Shown here piece after piece: positions 22,381 through 31,535 of a stretch of DNA of 64,000 nucleotides. A model generated the notes under the pieces. That model saw nothing but the letters and a program-made list of their open reading frames with translations. It was not told the DNA's origin and did not search any database. The stretch comes from an uncultured delta proteobacterium. GTDB lineage: Bacteria; Myxococcota_A; Polyangia; Polyangiales; B10-G4. Numbering within the stretch: the stretch's first letter is position 1; every line of letters begins with the position of its first letter. The translations under genes and the position numbers were made by a program. The stretch is taken from positions 1-64,000 of the forward strand of contig CAVSGI010000004.1 in the NCBI GenBank assembly GCA_963727445.1, given 5' to 3'.

Positions 22381-23071
22381 GTCGGAGCGGCCCGGGTGGG
22401 GAGGCTGGGTGCGGTGAGAGCCGCCCAGCGCGGATCGACGGGTGGCGAGGTCTCGGGCCGCGGCCGCTGCGCGGCCTCTGTGGCGGCGCTTCGCGCCTGT
22501 GTGGGCGCTGCGCGCCCGCGGTGGACCGGCAGCGCATCGTCCGCCTTCGGTGGATGGGGGCGCAGTTCTGACCGGCGTTGGCTGGGTGGGGAACGCGGGG
22601 GGGCTGGTCGGCGGGCGGAGGAAGGTCGGGGGCGCGGATGGGTGTGCGCGGGCGTGGGTCGGAGCGGCCGGGAGGAAAGGCTGGTTGCGATGGGAGCCGC
22701 CTGGCGCGGATCGGCGGATGGTGAGGTCTCGGGCCGCGGCCGCTGCGCGGCCTCTGTGGCGGCGCTTCGCGCCTGTGTGGGCGCTGCGCGCCCGCGGTGG
22801 ACCGGCAGCGCATCGTCCGCCTTCGGTGGATGGGGGCGCGGTTCTGACCGGCGTTGGCTGGGTGGGGAACGCGGGGGGGCTGGCCGGCGGGCGGAGGAAG
22901 GTCGGGGGCGCGGATGGGTGTGCGCGGGCGTGGGTCGGAGCGGCCGGGAGGGAAGGCTGGTTGCGATGGGAGCCGCCCGACGCGGATCGACGGGTGGCGA
23001 GGTCTCGGGCCGCGGCCGCTGCGCGGCCTCTGTGGCGGCGCTTCGCGCCTGTGTGGGCGCTGCGCGCCCGC
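22381..23071 (+). repeat. About 2.5 direct copies of a 276-bp GC-rich unit
   Basis: GAGGTCTCGGGCCGCGGCCG occurs at 22447, 22723 and 22999, with near-identical sequence between copies. Confidence 0.95.
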
Positions 23072-23119
23072 GCGGCAAGTCGCGAGTGGCGGCCGAAACG
23101 TGGGAGGCGAGGGGAACTA

Positions 23120-23550
23120 CCGGTCGCAAGTCCCGCCGTTGCGGTCAACGCTGGCAGTTGTGACCGCGGAGCGGTCGCAAGTCCGGGCGTTGCGGTCAAC
23201 GCTGGCGTTTGTGACCGCGGAGCGGTCGCAAGTCCTGACGTTGCGGTCAACGTCGGCAGTTGTGACCGCGGAGCGGTCGCAAGTCCTGGCGTTGCGGTCA
23301 ACGCCCGCAGTTGTGACCGCGGAGCGGTCGCAAGTCCTGACGTTGCGGTCAACGCTGGCGTTTGTGACCGCGGAGCGGTCGCAAGTCCTGACGTTGCGGT
23401 CAACGTCGGCAGTTGTGACCGCCAGGCGGTCGCAAGTCCTGGCGTTGCGGTCAACGCTGGCGTTTGTGACCGCGGAGCGGTCGCAAGTCCCGCCGTTGCG
23501 GTCAACGCTGGCGTTTGTGACCGCGGAGCGGTCGCAAGTCCCGCCGTTGC
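23120..23550. repeat. About 8.5 tandem 51-bp palindromic (hairpin) units
   Basis: CGGTCGCAAG occurs at 23121, 23172, 23223, 23274, 23325, 23376, 23427, 23478 and 23529. Unit is GCGGTCGCAA..CGTTG-CGGT-CAACG..TTGTGACCGC-GGA. Confidence 0.97.
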
Positions 23551-23559
23551 GCTCGTTCG

Positions 23560-23812
23560 CGCGTCCGGCGCTTGCGCCGGACAGAGGCCGCGTAGCGGCC
23601 GCGGCCCGAGACCTCACCATCCGTCGACCCGCGCCGGGCGGCCCTCACCGCACCCAGCCTCCCCTCCCGGCCACTCCGACCCACGCTCCCGCGCACGCCG
23701 CCGTCGACCGCGCGTCCTCTGCCCGCCGACCAGCCCACGCGTTCCCCAGCCAGCCAACGCCGGTAAGAACCGCGCCCCCATCCACAAAGGGCGGACGATG
23801 CGCATCCAGTCC
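23560..23812 (-). repeat. Diverged inverted copy of the 276-bp unit
   Basis: ACAGAGGCCGCGTAGCGGCCGCGGCCCGAGACCTC at 23581 and the sequence that follows are the reverse complement of the left-hand unit. Confidence 0.9.
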
Positions 23813-23880
23813 ACCGCCGCTTGCCGCGCTCCACCGCCGCTTGCCGCGCTCCACCGCCGCGCGCCGCGCTCCACCGCCGC
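23811..23880. repeat. 20-bp tandem repeat (about 3.5 copies)
   Basis: CCACCGCCGCTTGCCGCGCT is repeated. Confidence 0.85.
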
Positions 23881-24016
23881 AAAGCGGCCGCGCGCAGCGC
23901 CCCCATCCACCAAAGCCGGTCAGAACCGTGCCCCTATCCAACAAAGGCGGACGATGCGCACCCAGCCTCCCGTCGCGGGCAGCGCCCAATCCCCCGGCGC
24001 GCGCAGCGCGTTGCCC

Positions 24017-24196
24017 TCAGTTCCCCGTCACCAGCTCCGGCACGATCAGCGAAGCAGCCACGACCAGGAGCACGAGGAGACAGCCCATGCTCATCAGGCG
24101 CATGCGCCTTCGGTTCTGGCCTTCGCCGCCGCCGTGTCGGCCGCGGCCTTTGCGGCGGCGCGCCTTCTTCCTCTTCTTCCTCTTCCCCCCGGTCAT
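24017..24196 (-). CDS. 59-aa highly basic small membrane protein (not in ORF track)
   Basis: MTGGKRKKRKKARRRKGRGRHGGGEGQNRRRMRLMSMGCLLVLLVVAASLIVPELVTGN*, with a GGAG RBS upstream. Confidence 0.6.
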   Translation of the reverse strand: MTGGKRKKRKKARRRKGRGRHGGGEGQNRRRMRLMSMGCLLVLLVVAASLIVPELVTGN

Positions 24197-24229
24197 CGTG
24201 GTCTCCGACGATAAGTGTATGCGCGGTGG

Positions 24230-26195
24230 TCAGCCGAGCCAGCGGGCGAGCCAGGCTTCGACCTCGGCGTACCAGTCGAGGGACGCACGGGGCTTGAGGA
24301 TCCAGTGGTTTTCGTCCTCGAAGACCACCAGGCGGGCAGGGACACCGCGACGCTTGAGCGTGTTGTACAGAGCGAGGCCCTGAGTGTACGGGACGCGAAA
24401 GTCCTGCTCGCCGTGAAGGACCAGCATCGGCGTCTCCATCTCGTCGGCGTGTGACGACGGGTCGCTCGCCCGCACCCGCGGCTCATCGCCCCAGGGCGTC
24501 GCCCCGTAGGCGACCTCGAGCCATTGGATCACGTCGCTGCCCGTCATCGCCTTGAGAATCGAAGACGCCCGCGTGGCTGACACCACACTTGAATCGATTC
24601 GTCTGCGTGGCGATCCACGCGGTGAGATATCCGCCGAAGCTGCCGCCGGTGATCGCCATGCGCTCGGGATCGACGAGGCCCTCTTCCACCAGGTGGTCCG
24701 TCACCGCGAGCACGTCGCGCGCGGGCTTGTCGCCCCACGCGCCGAGGATCGACTCGCGGTAGGCGGTGCCGAAGCCCTCCGAGCCGTGGAAGTTCACCAG
24801 CGCCACGGCGTAGCCCCAGCTGGCGAAGACCCGCGCACACCAGCGAAAGTGAAAGGCGTCGCCGAAGAACGAATGGGGCCCGCCGTGGATCATGTGCACC
24901 AGCGGCAGTCGCTCCCCTTCGCGTCGCCCGCGGGGCAAGAGCACCCAGGCCTGGACCTTCTCGCCAGGGGCGGCCTCCACCTCGCGCTCGACCACCTCGG
25001 GGGCCCGATCCGAGAGCGCGTCGAGCATCTCCGCGTTGAAGCGCGTGACCTGATCCGTCCGCCCGGAGGCGTCGACCACGAAGACCTCGGGCGGCGACGA
25101 GAGGTCCGATCGCAGGAGCCACACCGCGTCGTGCGACACCCGTGGCTCACCGAAGGCGCCTCCCTCGGCCACCCGGGCGGGCTCTCCGGTCGCGCCGGCT
25201 TCGAGGCGGTACAGATGCGTCCGCCCGCGGTCGTCCGCCGTCAGCCACACCGCCCCGTCCGCGCTGCCTTCGAATCCGATCACCGAGCGGTCCCAGCTCT
25301 CGGTCAGGACCTCCTCGGCCCCGCCGTCGACCGCCTTCCTCACGAGTCGCACCCGGTCCGCGTAATAGTCCGGCCGCATCTTGCGGCCGAAGAGCACGTG
25401 CGCGCCGTCCTGGGTGAAGCGTGGCCTCAGATCGCTCGCAGAATGATCGGGCGTGAGGCAAACGAGCTCGCCCGACGCGATCTCCAGCTGATAGATCGCC
25501 GTCCGAACGGGCGACTGGTCGTCGGGGGTGGCGTCTGCTTCGAACACCACCCGCGCGCCGTCCGGGCTCACGTCGTAGCGCCCGCGCTCCTCCATCAGGT
25601 TCATCTGCCGCGTCCAGCCCGGCATCAGGTCGCGCACGGCGAGCGTCTCGAGGTCGACGAGGAAGAGGTGCGGCACCACGCCGCCGGCGAGCCAGTGATC
25701 CCAGTAGCGATAGATCCAATCTTCGGTGACGCGTGGCATGCGCCGGTCGGGCGCGTTCGCCAGCGCATCGCGCGTCGCAAAGACGGTGGGAGACTCCACG
25801 AGCACGTCGCCCACGCAGAGCAGCTTCGATCCGTCGCCCACGAAGCGCGGGTCGCGCGCCCCCAAAGGTAGATCGGTCACACAGAGCGGTTCGCCGACGC
25901 CGAGATCGGTGACGTGGACCTGCGGCTGGTCGTGCCCAGGGGTGGGCCGGACGAACGCGAGCCGCGTCCCATCGCGATCGATCACCGGGTCGGTGGCGCT
26001 TCCGAGATCGGGGTTCGTGAGCAGAGACGGCTCTCCGAAGGAGCCGTCTTCCTCTCGCCGCACCGCGAAGAGCAGCGTCTTCGATTCGTCGGTCTCGAGG
26101 TCGTAGCCGGTCGCGGGGACCACCGCGAGAGTGCCTTCCGGCACGACCGCCGGCGCGCCTACGCGGACGATCTGCCAGAGCTCGTAGGGAGTCAC
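24230..26195 (-). CDS. S9 family peptidase (acylaminoacyl/dipeptidyl peptidase), frameshift at ~24555
   Basis: TolB-like propeller, IHGGPH, nucleophile GGSFGGY, EQDFRVP and ENHWI. Confidence 0.93.
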
Positions 26196-26875
26196 GGGTC
26201 GCTCTCGATCGGCGGTGGCAGGATCGAACCGGTGATCTCCTCCCAGGTCGGCACCACGTGGTTCGGCATCACCGTGACGATGTGCAGGCGCAGGACCACG
26301 CGCGTGACGGCGCTGGTGCGCGAGAAAGCGCCGGCGCGCGCGCTCGGACCGACCTGCTCGAAGACCGCCTCGGTCCCCGGCCGCGGGAAGGGGTGGCTGA
26401 GCTCGATCCGCTCGCCCTCGCGATGCTGACCGCCGACGAGGCGCATGCCGAGGAAGGGATGATCCGGAACCACCTCGCGCGTCGCCCGATCCATGACCTC
26501 CACGCAACACAGGAGCGCGTCGAGCGTGTAGACGCGGTTACGGGTCCAGACCTCGACCGTGCGAAAGGGGCGTTCGGTGCTCGGCGCCGGGCCGTGCTCG
26601 TGAATGACCTCGATCTCCACCACCGGCGTGCCGCGCGGGTTCTTGCCCGGCGGCGGGGGGTTGCTCGGCTTACCCCGGGGCCGACGGTTGGGAGGAGGCG
26701 GACTCGCCGTCTCGGGGACGCGGCGAGCCGAAGGCGCGTCGTCGGGCTCCGGGGGATCGTCGGGGGCGGGCTGGACCACCTTGGCGCCATCGACGAGCGT
26801 GTCGGGCGCTTGTCCTTGCGGCCCGTCGAGAGGGTCGAATCCGGGGCTCGTCTTGTGGCTCTTGGGATCGGCCAT
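26192..26875 (-). CDS. Hypothetical protein with Pro-rich N-terminus
   Basis: MADPKS...VEVWTRNRVY...HPFLGMRLVGGQ. The stop overlaps the peptidase start. Confidence 0.75.
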   Translation of the reverse strand: MADPKSHKTSPGFDPLDGPQGQAPDTLVDGAKVVQPAPDDPPEPDDAPSARRVPETASPPPPNRRPRGKPSNPPPPGKNPRGTPVVEIEVIHEHGPAPSTERPFRTVEVWTRNRVYTLDALLCCVEVMDRATREVVPDHPFLGMRLVGGQHREGERIELSHPFPRPGTEAVFEQVGPSARAGAFSRTSAVTRVVLRLHIVTVMPNHVVPTWEEITGSILPPPIESDP

Positions 26876-26956
26876 GGCGGAGCAGGCTACCACGGCCCCT
26901 CGGGCCTTCAGCCGCTTCGTGGGCCGTTTCGGGTCACATGCCATAGACTGCATCCC

Positions 26957-27337
26957 GTGGACCCAGAGGCGAAGATCGCGGAGCTCGAAGCGAAGCTCGC
27001 CGAGGCCGAGGAGCAGCTGAAGCGCTTGCGCGGCCTCGAGTCGGAGAACGCGGCGCTCCGCGCCAGGGTCGACGATCTCCATTCGGAGCTGATCACCCTC
27101 AGGCCGCCGAAGGTCCCGAAGGTGAGCGGCGCGCCGGGCCTCTCGTCCGAGCCCGCGACGCCGAGCGCCGCCGTACGTCGCGATCACAAGAATCGCCTCA
27201 TGACCTGGACCACGCTCCTCTTGGTGCTCGCCGGCGCGGTGGTCGCCGCCATCCCGTACCTGCTGAACTACCTCGACGCCCAGAACGGCGATCAGGGTCG
27301 TTTCACCGACCAGCGCGGGCTGAGCGCGCCCGAGTGA
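26957..27337 (+). CDS. Coiled-coil protein with one TM helix
   Basis: KIAELEAKLAEAEEQLKRL heptads and the TM segment WTTLLLVLAGAVVAAIPYLL. Confidence 0.7.
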   Translation: MDPEAKIAELEAKLAEAEEQLKRLRGLESENAALRARVDDLHSELITLRPPKVPKVSGAPGLSSEPATPSAAVRRDHKNRLMTWTTLLLVLAGAVVAAIPYLLNYLDAQNGDQGRFTDQRGLSAPE

Positions 27338-27357
27338 GCAGCTGACAATTCGAAAAC

Positions 27358-27383
27358 ACCCGCCGCTCAAAGAGCGACGGGCG
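27358..27383. terminator. Hairpin between convergent genes
   Basis: CCCGCCGCTC-AAA-GAGCGACGGG, with a short T run on the minus strand. Confidence 0.5.
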
Positions 27384-27405
27384 TCGTCGAGAATCCAGAC
27401 TCGGC

Positions 27406-27969
27406 TCAGGGCGTCATCGGGAGGCCGGAGCAGTCGTAGAACTCCATGGTGCAATCGAGCATGCAGGAGTTCATGCCGCCGCGGCAGGCGTCGCAGGCTT
27501 CCATATTCATCGGGTCGAGGCACTCGACGAGGCAGTTCTCCGCGGCGCAGGCGACGCTCGCGGTGTAGCAGCTGGCACACTGGGCGCTGACCGCCATGTC
27601 CGCCGCCATCACGATGCAGTTGGTGGTGCAGGTCGCGAGGTCGGGGTCGGAGATGCAGTCGCGTCCGCAGGTGCCGGCGAGGTCGGCGAGGGTCTGATCC
27701 ATGGTGTCGCCGAAGTCCATGCGCGCTGCGGCCATTTGGTCGTCCATGCTGGCGCAGTTCATCGTGCCCATGTAGTAGTCGCCCGCCATCCGGCAGCTAC
27801 CGCCGTCACCCGCCGTGCCGGTGTCACCGGTGGTGCCGGTGTCACCGGTGGTGCCGGTGTCGCCGCCGGTGCCGGTGTCACCACCCCCGCCGCCGTCGTC
27901 GCCGCACCCGAAGGCCGTGAGCGCCACGGTCAGCGCGCTGATGAAGATCGTTCGATTCCAAGCATTCAT
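27406..27969 (-). CDS. Cys/Met-rich lipoprotein
   Basis: Lipobox AFGC, a GDTGTT repeat linker, then 16 Cys and 15 Met in about 130 residues. Confidence 0.88.
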   Translation of the reverse strand: MNAWNRTIFISALTVALTAFGCGDDGGGGGDTGTGGDTGTTGDTGTTGDTGTAGDGGSCRMAGDYYMGTMNCASMDDQMAAARMDFGDTMDQTLADLAGTCGRDCISDPDLATCTTNCIVMAADMAVSAQCASCYTASVACAAENCLVECLDPMNMEACDACRGGMNSCMLDCTMEFYDCSGLPMTP

Positions 27970-28040
27970 TTCAAGGTCCTCCTGAAGGTCCCCTAGTCTA
28001 GCTCGGTCCTCCGAGCGTGGTCCTGTTTCGAGCCGCGGGA

Positions 28041-29351
28041 TTATCGGAAATCGTAGGAAAAGTCCAAATAGATCCCGTGCAGGGAGATGGCGTAGTTGCC
28101 GGCATAACCGCAAAACTGGCAGGCGGGGTCGCTCCCCAGGTCCGAGGGCGCGATCGTGGTGGAGCCCCAGCGATACGCGTAGGCCAGGTTGATCTGATAG
28201 GTGTTGGTCACGTAGCCGACCCCTGCCGAGAGGATGAAGGTGGGCGCGGGGGGGGTGCCGAAGGCGGTGGGATAGGCGGGGTTCGAGGTCTTGTCGTCGA
28301 AGACGAAGCCGAGGCGCGGCTTGATGCTCCGCTCCTCGCTCACCTGGATGTCGTACTCGCCGCCGACGCGGAAGGTGAGCGCGTTGGACCAGTTGTTGAC
28401 GTTGTTCAACATGATGGTCCTCCCCATCTGGGAGCCGGTGAAGACGCCCACCTGGTTCTGGCTGTTGAGCGCGTACTCGAGATCCATGGCGAGGCCGACG
28501 TTCATGTAGTCTCCGCGGATGCCCCAGCCGAGGCGGCCCGGCAGGGTGAATGTGGTCGAGACGCTGTCGAGGGGATTGGCCGCGGTCGCCGCGGGCGCGA
28601 AGATACCCGTGTTGGCGCTGATGTCGGTGTCGACCCGGTGCCGGTAGGTGAAGCCGAACTGGATCTCCTCGATCGGCTGCCACTGAAAGCCCAGTCGAAA
28701 GCTCGCGGCGTTGACGCCCGACGGCGAGATATCGAGGGTGGGGTCGCCGCCCTCGGGGGTGCGCGAGCGCGAGAGACTCACGTAGGTGATGCGGTAGGTG
28801 GCGCCGAGGCGGAAGTCGCCGAGGGCGGTGTTCTCGAGGGCGAGGCCGATGCCGGGCGCGGCCTCGATGAAGACCAGGGTCGTCGCGTCCACGAGCGTCG
28901 TGCCGGAAGATGTCTGGTATTTGTACTCGCCACCCGCCGAGGCGACGGGGAAGACGCCCGCGCCGATCACCATCGCGAAGTTGTTCTCACCCCCGGGGTT
29001 GGTGTTGAAGAGGCGCACACCGCCGCCGAGCAGCGGCAGCGGCGCGATGGTGGTCTGCGAGTCGATGCTCGTCGTATCGGGCGTGTTGCCGGGCGACGCC
29101 TGGATCCCGCCCACGAGCAGGGTCGCCCCGAGCAGCACGTTCGCCGTGTCGTAGGCGCCGATGCCCGCGGGGTTGTGGAAGAAGGCCGAGCCATCGTTCA
29201 CGTAGGCGATGGCGGTGCCGCCCATCCCCTGATGGCGCGCCGTGTAGAGCATCGGGGTGTCGTAGCCACCCGCGTGGGCCTCGCCCGTGATCCCGAAAAT
29301 GCCACCGATCGCGATGAGCGCGAAAAGGCCCCAGATCGCCTGCTTTTTCAC
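28041..29351 (-). CDS. OmpP1/FadL-family outer-membrane transporter
   Basis: Signal peptide, ARHQGMGG..AFFHNPAG hatch motif, beta-strand pattern and C-terminal DFSYDF. Confidence 0.85.
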   Translation of the reverse strand: MKKQAIWGLFALIAIGGIFGITGEAHAGGYDTPMLYTARHQGMGGTAIAYVNDGSAFFHNPAGIGAYDTANVLLGATLLVGGIQASPGNTPDTTSIDSQTTIAPLPLLGGGVRLFNTNPGGENNFAMVIGAGVFPVASAGGEYKYQTSSGTTLVDATTLVFIEAAPGIGLALENTALGDFRLGATYRITYVSLSRSRTPEGGDPTLDISPSGVNAASFRLGFQWQPIEEIQFGFTYRHRVDTDISANTGIFAPAATAANPLDSVSTTFTLPGRLGWGIRGDYMNVGLAMDLEYALNSQNQVGVFTGSQMGRTIMLNNVNNWSNALTFRVGGEYDIQVSEERSIKPRLGFVFDDKTSNPAYPTAFGTPPAPTFILSAGVGYVTNTYQINLAYAYRWGSTTIAPSDLGSDPACQFCGYAGNYAISLHGIYLDFSYDFR

Positions 29352-29457
29352 AGGTCCCTCCCTCTAGGAGCGAAAATCCGCCCCCCTCGGCCCCTCAGGG
29401 CGGGCGATTAGTAGCAACCGGCGGGGAGTTGCACAACGTGGAAGGGCGGTGGGCTGC

Positions 29458-29622
29458 TCAGTCTTCGCCGAGCACTTCTCCGACAGAGCTGGCCTTCACG
29501 GCCGCGGCCAGCCAGGCGTCGAGCTGAGCCGGGTCCGTACAGCCTCGGACGATCTCCAGATGACGTGCCTCGATGGGCAGTTGCCCCAGAAGGCCGAGAA
29601 GGGTCTTCAACGAGGCCTTCAT
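29458..29622 (-). CDS. 54-aa ORF resembling the C-terminal domain of Rpn/PD-(D/E)XK (DUF4351-like) proteins
   Basis: MKASLKTLLGLLGQLPIEARHLEIVRGCTDPAQLDAWLAAAVKASSVGEVLGED*. An in-frame TAG lies 10 codons upstream. Not in the ORF track. Confidence 0.55.
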   Translation of the reverse strand: MKASLKTLLGLLGQLPIEARHLEIVRGCTDPAQLDAWLAAAVKASSVGEVLGED

Positions 29623-29684
29623 TTGTCGCTCGCTGCGACGGCACCGGGCCTATCGCCGCGGGGCGTCGTCGGTTTCCTCGAAGG

Positions 29685-31535
29685 TCAGATCTCGTCGAAC
29701 TGGCGGTGCCCCTCGAGGCTCTCCAGGATGGAGTCGATGGCGGAGTCGAGGCGGGTGGCCTCGAGGTCGACGGTGACGTCGGGGCGCTCGGGGGGCTCGA
29801 AGCCCTCGAAGTTCGCGTCGGGTCGCCGCTCGCGGCAGAGCGCCTCTGGCGTGTTCACGTAGACGTGGACGAAGCGGGGGCCGCCGATGCGCGAGCGGAC
29901 CTGGGCGCGGTCGGCGCGGTGGTAGCTGGGGAAGGCACAGATGGTGATGAGGCCTGCGTCCGTGGCGGCCTTGGCGGCGCTGATCATGGAGCGCAGGTCC
30001 TCGCCCACCGGGGCGACCACCGTGGCCGTGCGTCCGAGATCGAAGAGGCGTCGTTCGAGGGCGTAAGCGAGGGTCCAGCGGCCCGAGCCGGGCAGGCCCG
30101 TGAGCCACACGGTCGCGCCCTTCTGACCCATGCGCTCGCGCCGCTCGCGGGGGCTCACCTGGGTCTTCGGCTCGAGGGCGGAGCCAGCGCGGAGCTCGCG
30201 CAGCGCCGCGTCCAGATCCTGCGCGGGCTCCTCGGCCACGATCATGCCGGCGGCGACCGTGTTGTTCGAGAGCGAGTCGACCAGGATGAAAGCGCCGGTG
30301 GTGCGGTTCTTCACGTAGGGGTCGAAGTAGAGCGCACGGTGACAGCTGATGCGGACCCGGCCGATGTCGTTGAGCCCCAGCTTCACCTCTTCGCCCGCGA
30401 GCTCCTCGAGGGAGTCCATGTCCTTCTTCCACAGGACGTCCTCGACCTGGGCGCGCGCCATCTGGGTGGTGTGCTTGATCAGGTAGGTCTTCTGAGTGTC
30501 GAGCGGGCGCTCGCTCATCCACACCACGTGGGCGTCGAAGGCGCGGGAGACGTTGGGCAGGTCGTCTTCGCGGACGAGCATGTCGCCGCGGCTCACGTCG
30601 ATCTCGTCCTCGAGGCGGATGACGACGCTCATCGGCGTGTGGGCCGAGTCGAGCTCGCCCTCCCAGGTGTCGATGGAGCGCACCTTGCTCTTCGTGCCGG
30701 AGGGCAGAGACACCAGGGTGTCGCCCTTGTGCACCTCGCCCGCGGCGACCTCGCCGGCGAAGCCGCGGTAGTTGAGGTGGGGCCGAAGCACGGTCTGAAC
30801 CGGGAAGCGGAAGTCCGACAGGTTGCGGTCCGAGGCGATGGGCACCGTCTCGAGGTAGTCGAGCACCGAGCCGCCGTCGTACCAGGACGTGTACTTGTCG
30901 CTCGGGGTGACGATGTTGACGCCCTTGAGCGCGCTCACCGGGAAGAAGGTCACGTCCTTGAAGGCGAGGCCGTCGGCGAACTCTCGGAAGTTGCGCTGGA
31001 TGCGTTCGTAGACACCCGGGTCGTAACCCACCAGGTCCATCTTGTTCACGCAGACCGCGAGGTGGGGGATGCCGAGGAGCGACGCGATGAACGCGTGTCG
31101 GCGCGACTGCTGGAGCACGCCGAGCCGGGCGTCGATGAGGATCAGCGCGACGTTCGCCGTCGAGGCGCCGGTCACCATGTTGCGCGTGTACTGCACGTGG
31201 CCGGGCGTGTCGGCGATGATGAACTTGCGCTTCTCGGTCGCGAAGTAGCGGTAGGCGACGTCGATGGTGATGCCCTGCTCGCGCTCGGCCTTGAGGCCGT
31301 CGGTGAAGAGCGAGAAATCGATCTCCTCGCCCTCCATCTTCGTGGCGCGCTTCACGGCGTCGAGCTGGTCTTCGTAGACCATGCCTGTGTCGTGCAGGAG
31401 CCGCCCGATGAGCGTGCTCTTGCCGTCGTCCACCGAGCCCACCGCCACGAAGCGCAGGAGCTCCTTCTGCTGGTACTTGTGGAGGTACGCCTCGACGTCG
31501 GTCTCGATGAGGGCGCGTTCCTTGGCGCTTTCCAT
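29685..31535 (-). CDS. cysN: Sulfate adenylyltransferase subunit 1 fused to a degenerate APS-kinase-like domain
   Basis: GSVDDGKSTLIGRLL, EREQGITID, DTPGH and NKMD motifs, with C-terminal VWLTGLPGSGRWT. Confidence 0.95.
   Translation of the reverse strand: MESAKERALIETDVEAYLHKYQQKELLRFVAVGSVDDGKSTLIGRLLHDTGMVYEDQLDAVKRATKMEGEEIDFSLFTDGLKAEREQGITIDVAYRYFATEKRKFIIADTPGHVQYTRNMVTGASTANVALILIDARLGVLQQSRRHAFIASLLGIPHLAVCVNKMDLVGYDPGVYERIQRNFREFADGLAFKDVTFFPVSALKGVNIVTPSDKYTSWYDGGSVLDYLETVPIASDRNLSDFRFPVQTVLRPHLNYRGFAGEVAAGEVHKGDTLVSLPSGTKSKVRSIDTWEGELDSAHTPMSVVIRLEDEIDVSRGDMLVREDDLPNVSRAFDAHVVWMSERPLDTQKTYLIKHTTQMARAQVEDVLWKKDMDSLEELAGEEVKLGLNDIGRVRISCHRALYFDPYVKNRTTGAFILVDSLSNNTVAAGMIVAEEPAQDLDAALRELRAGSALEPKTQVSPRERRERMGQKGATVWLTGLPGSGRWTLAYALERRLFDLGRTATVVAPVGEDLRSMISAAKAATDAGLITICAFPSYHRADRAQVRSRIGGPRFVHVYVNTPEALCRERRPDANFEGFEPPERPDVTVDLEATRLDSAIDSILESLEGHRQFDEI

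Noticed and set aside
23120..23550. CRISPR or TIGR-type guide array
   Set aside because: The variable segments differ at only a few bases and recur between units. No Cas or Nop-domain effector lies nearby.
22255..24383. Long ORFs with 17-aa and 92-aa repeats
   Set aside because: Most frames are open simply because of the DNA repeats. Conservation is at the level of DNA palindromes.
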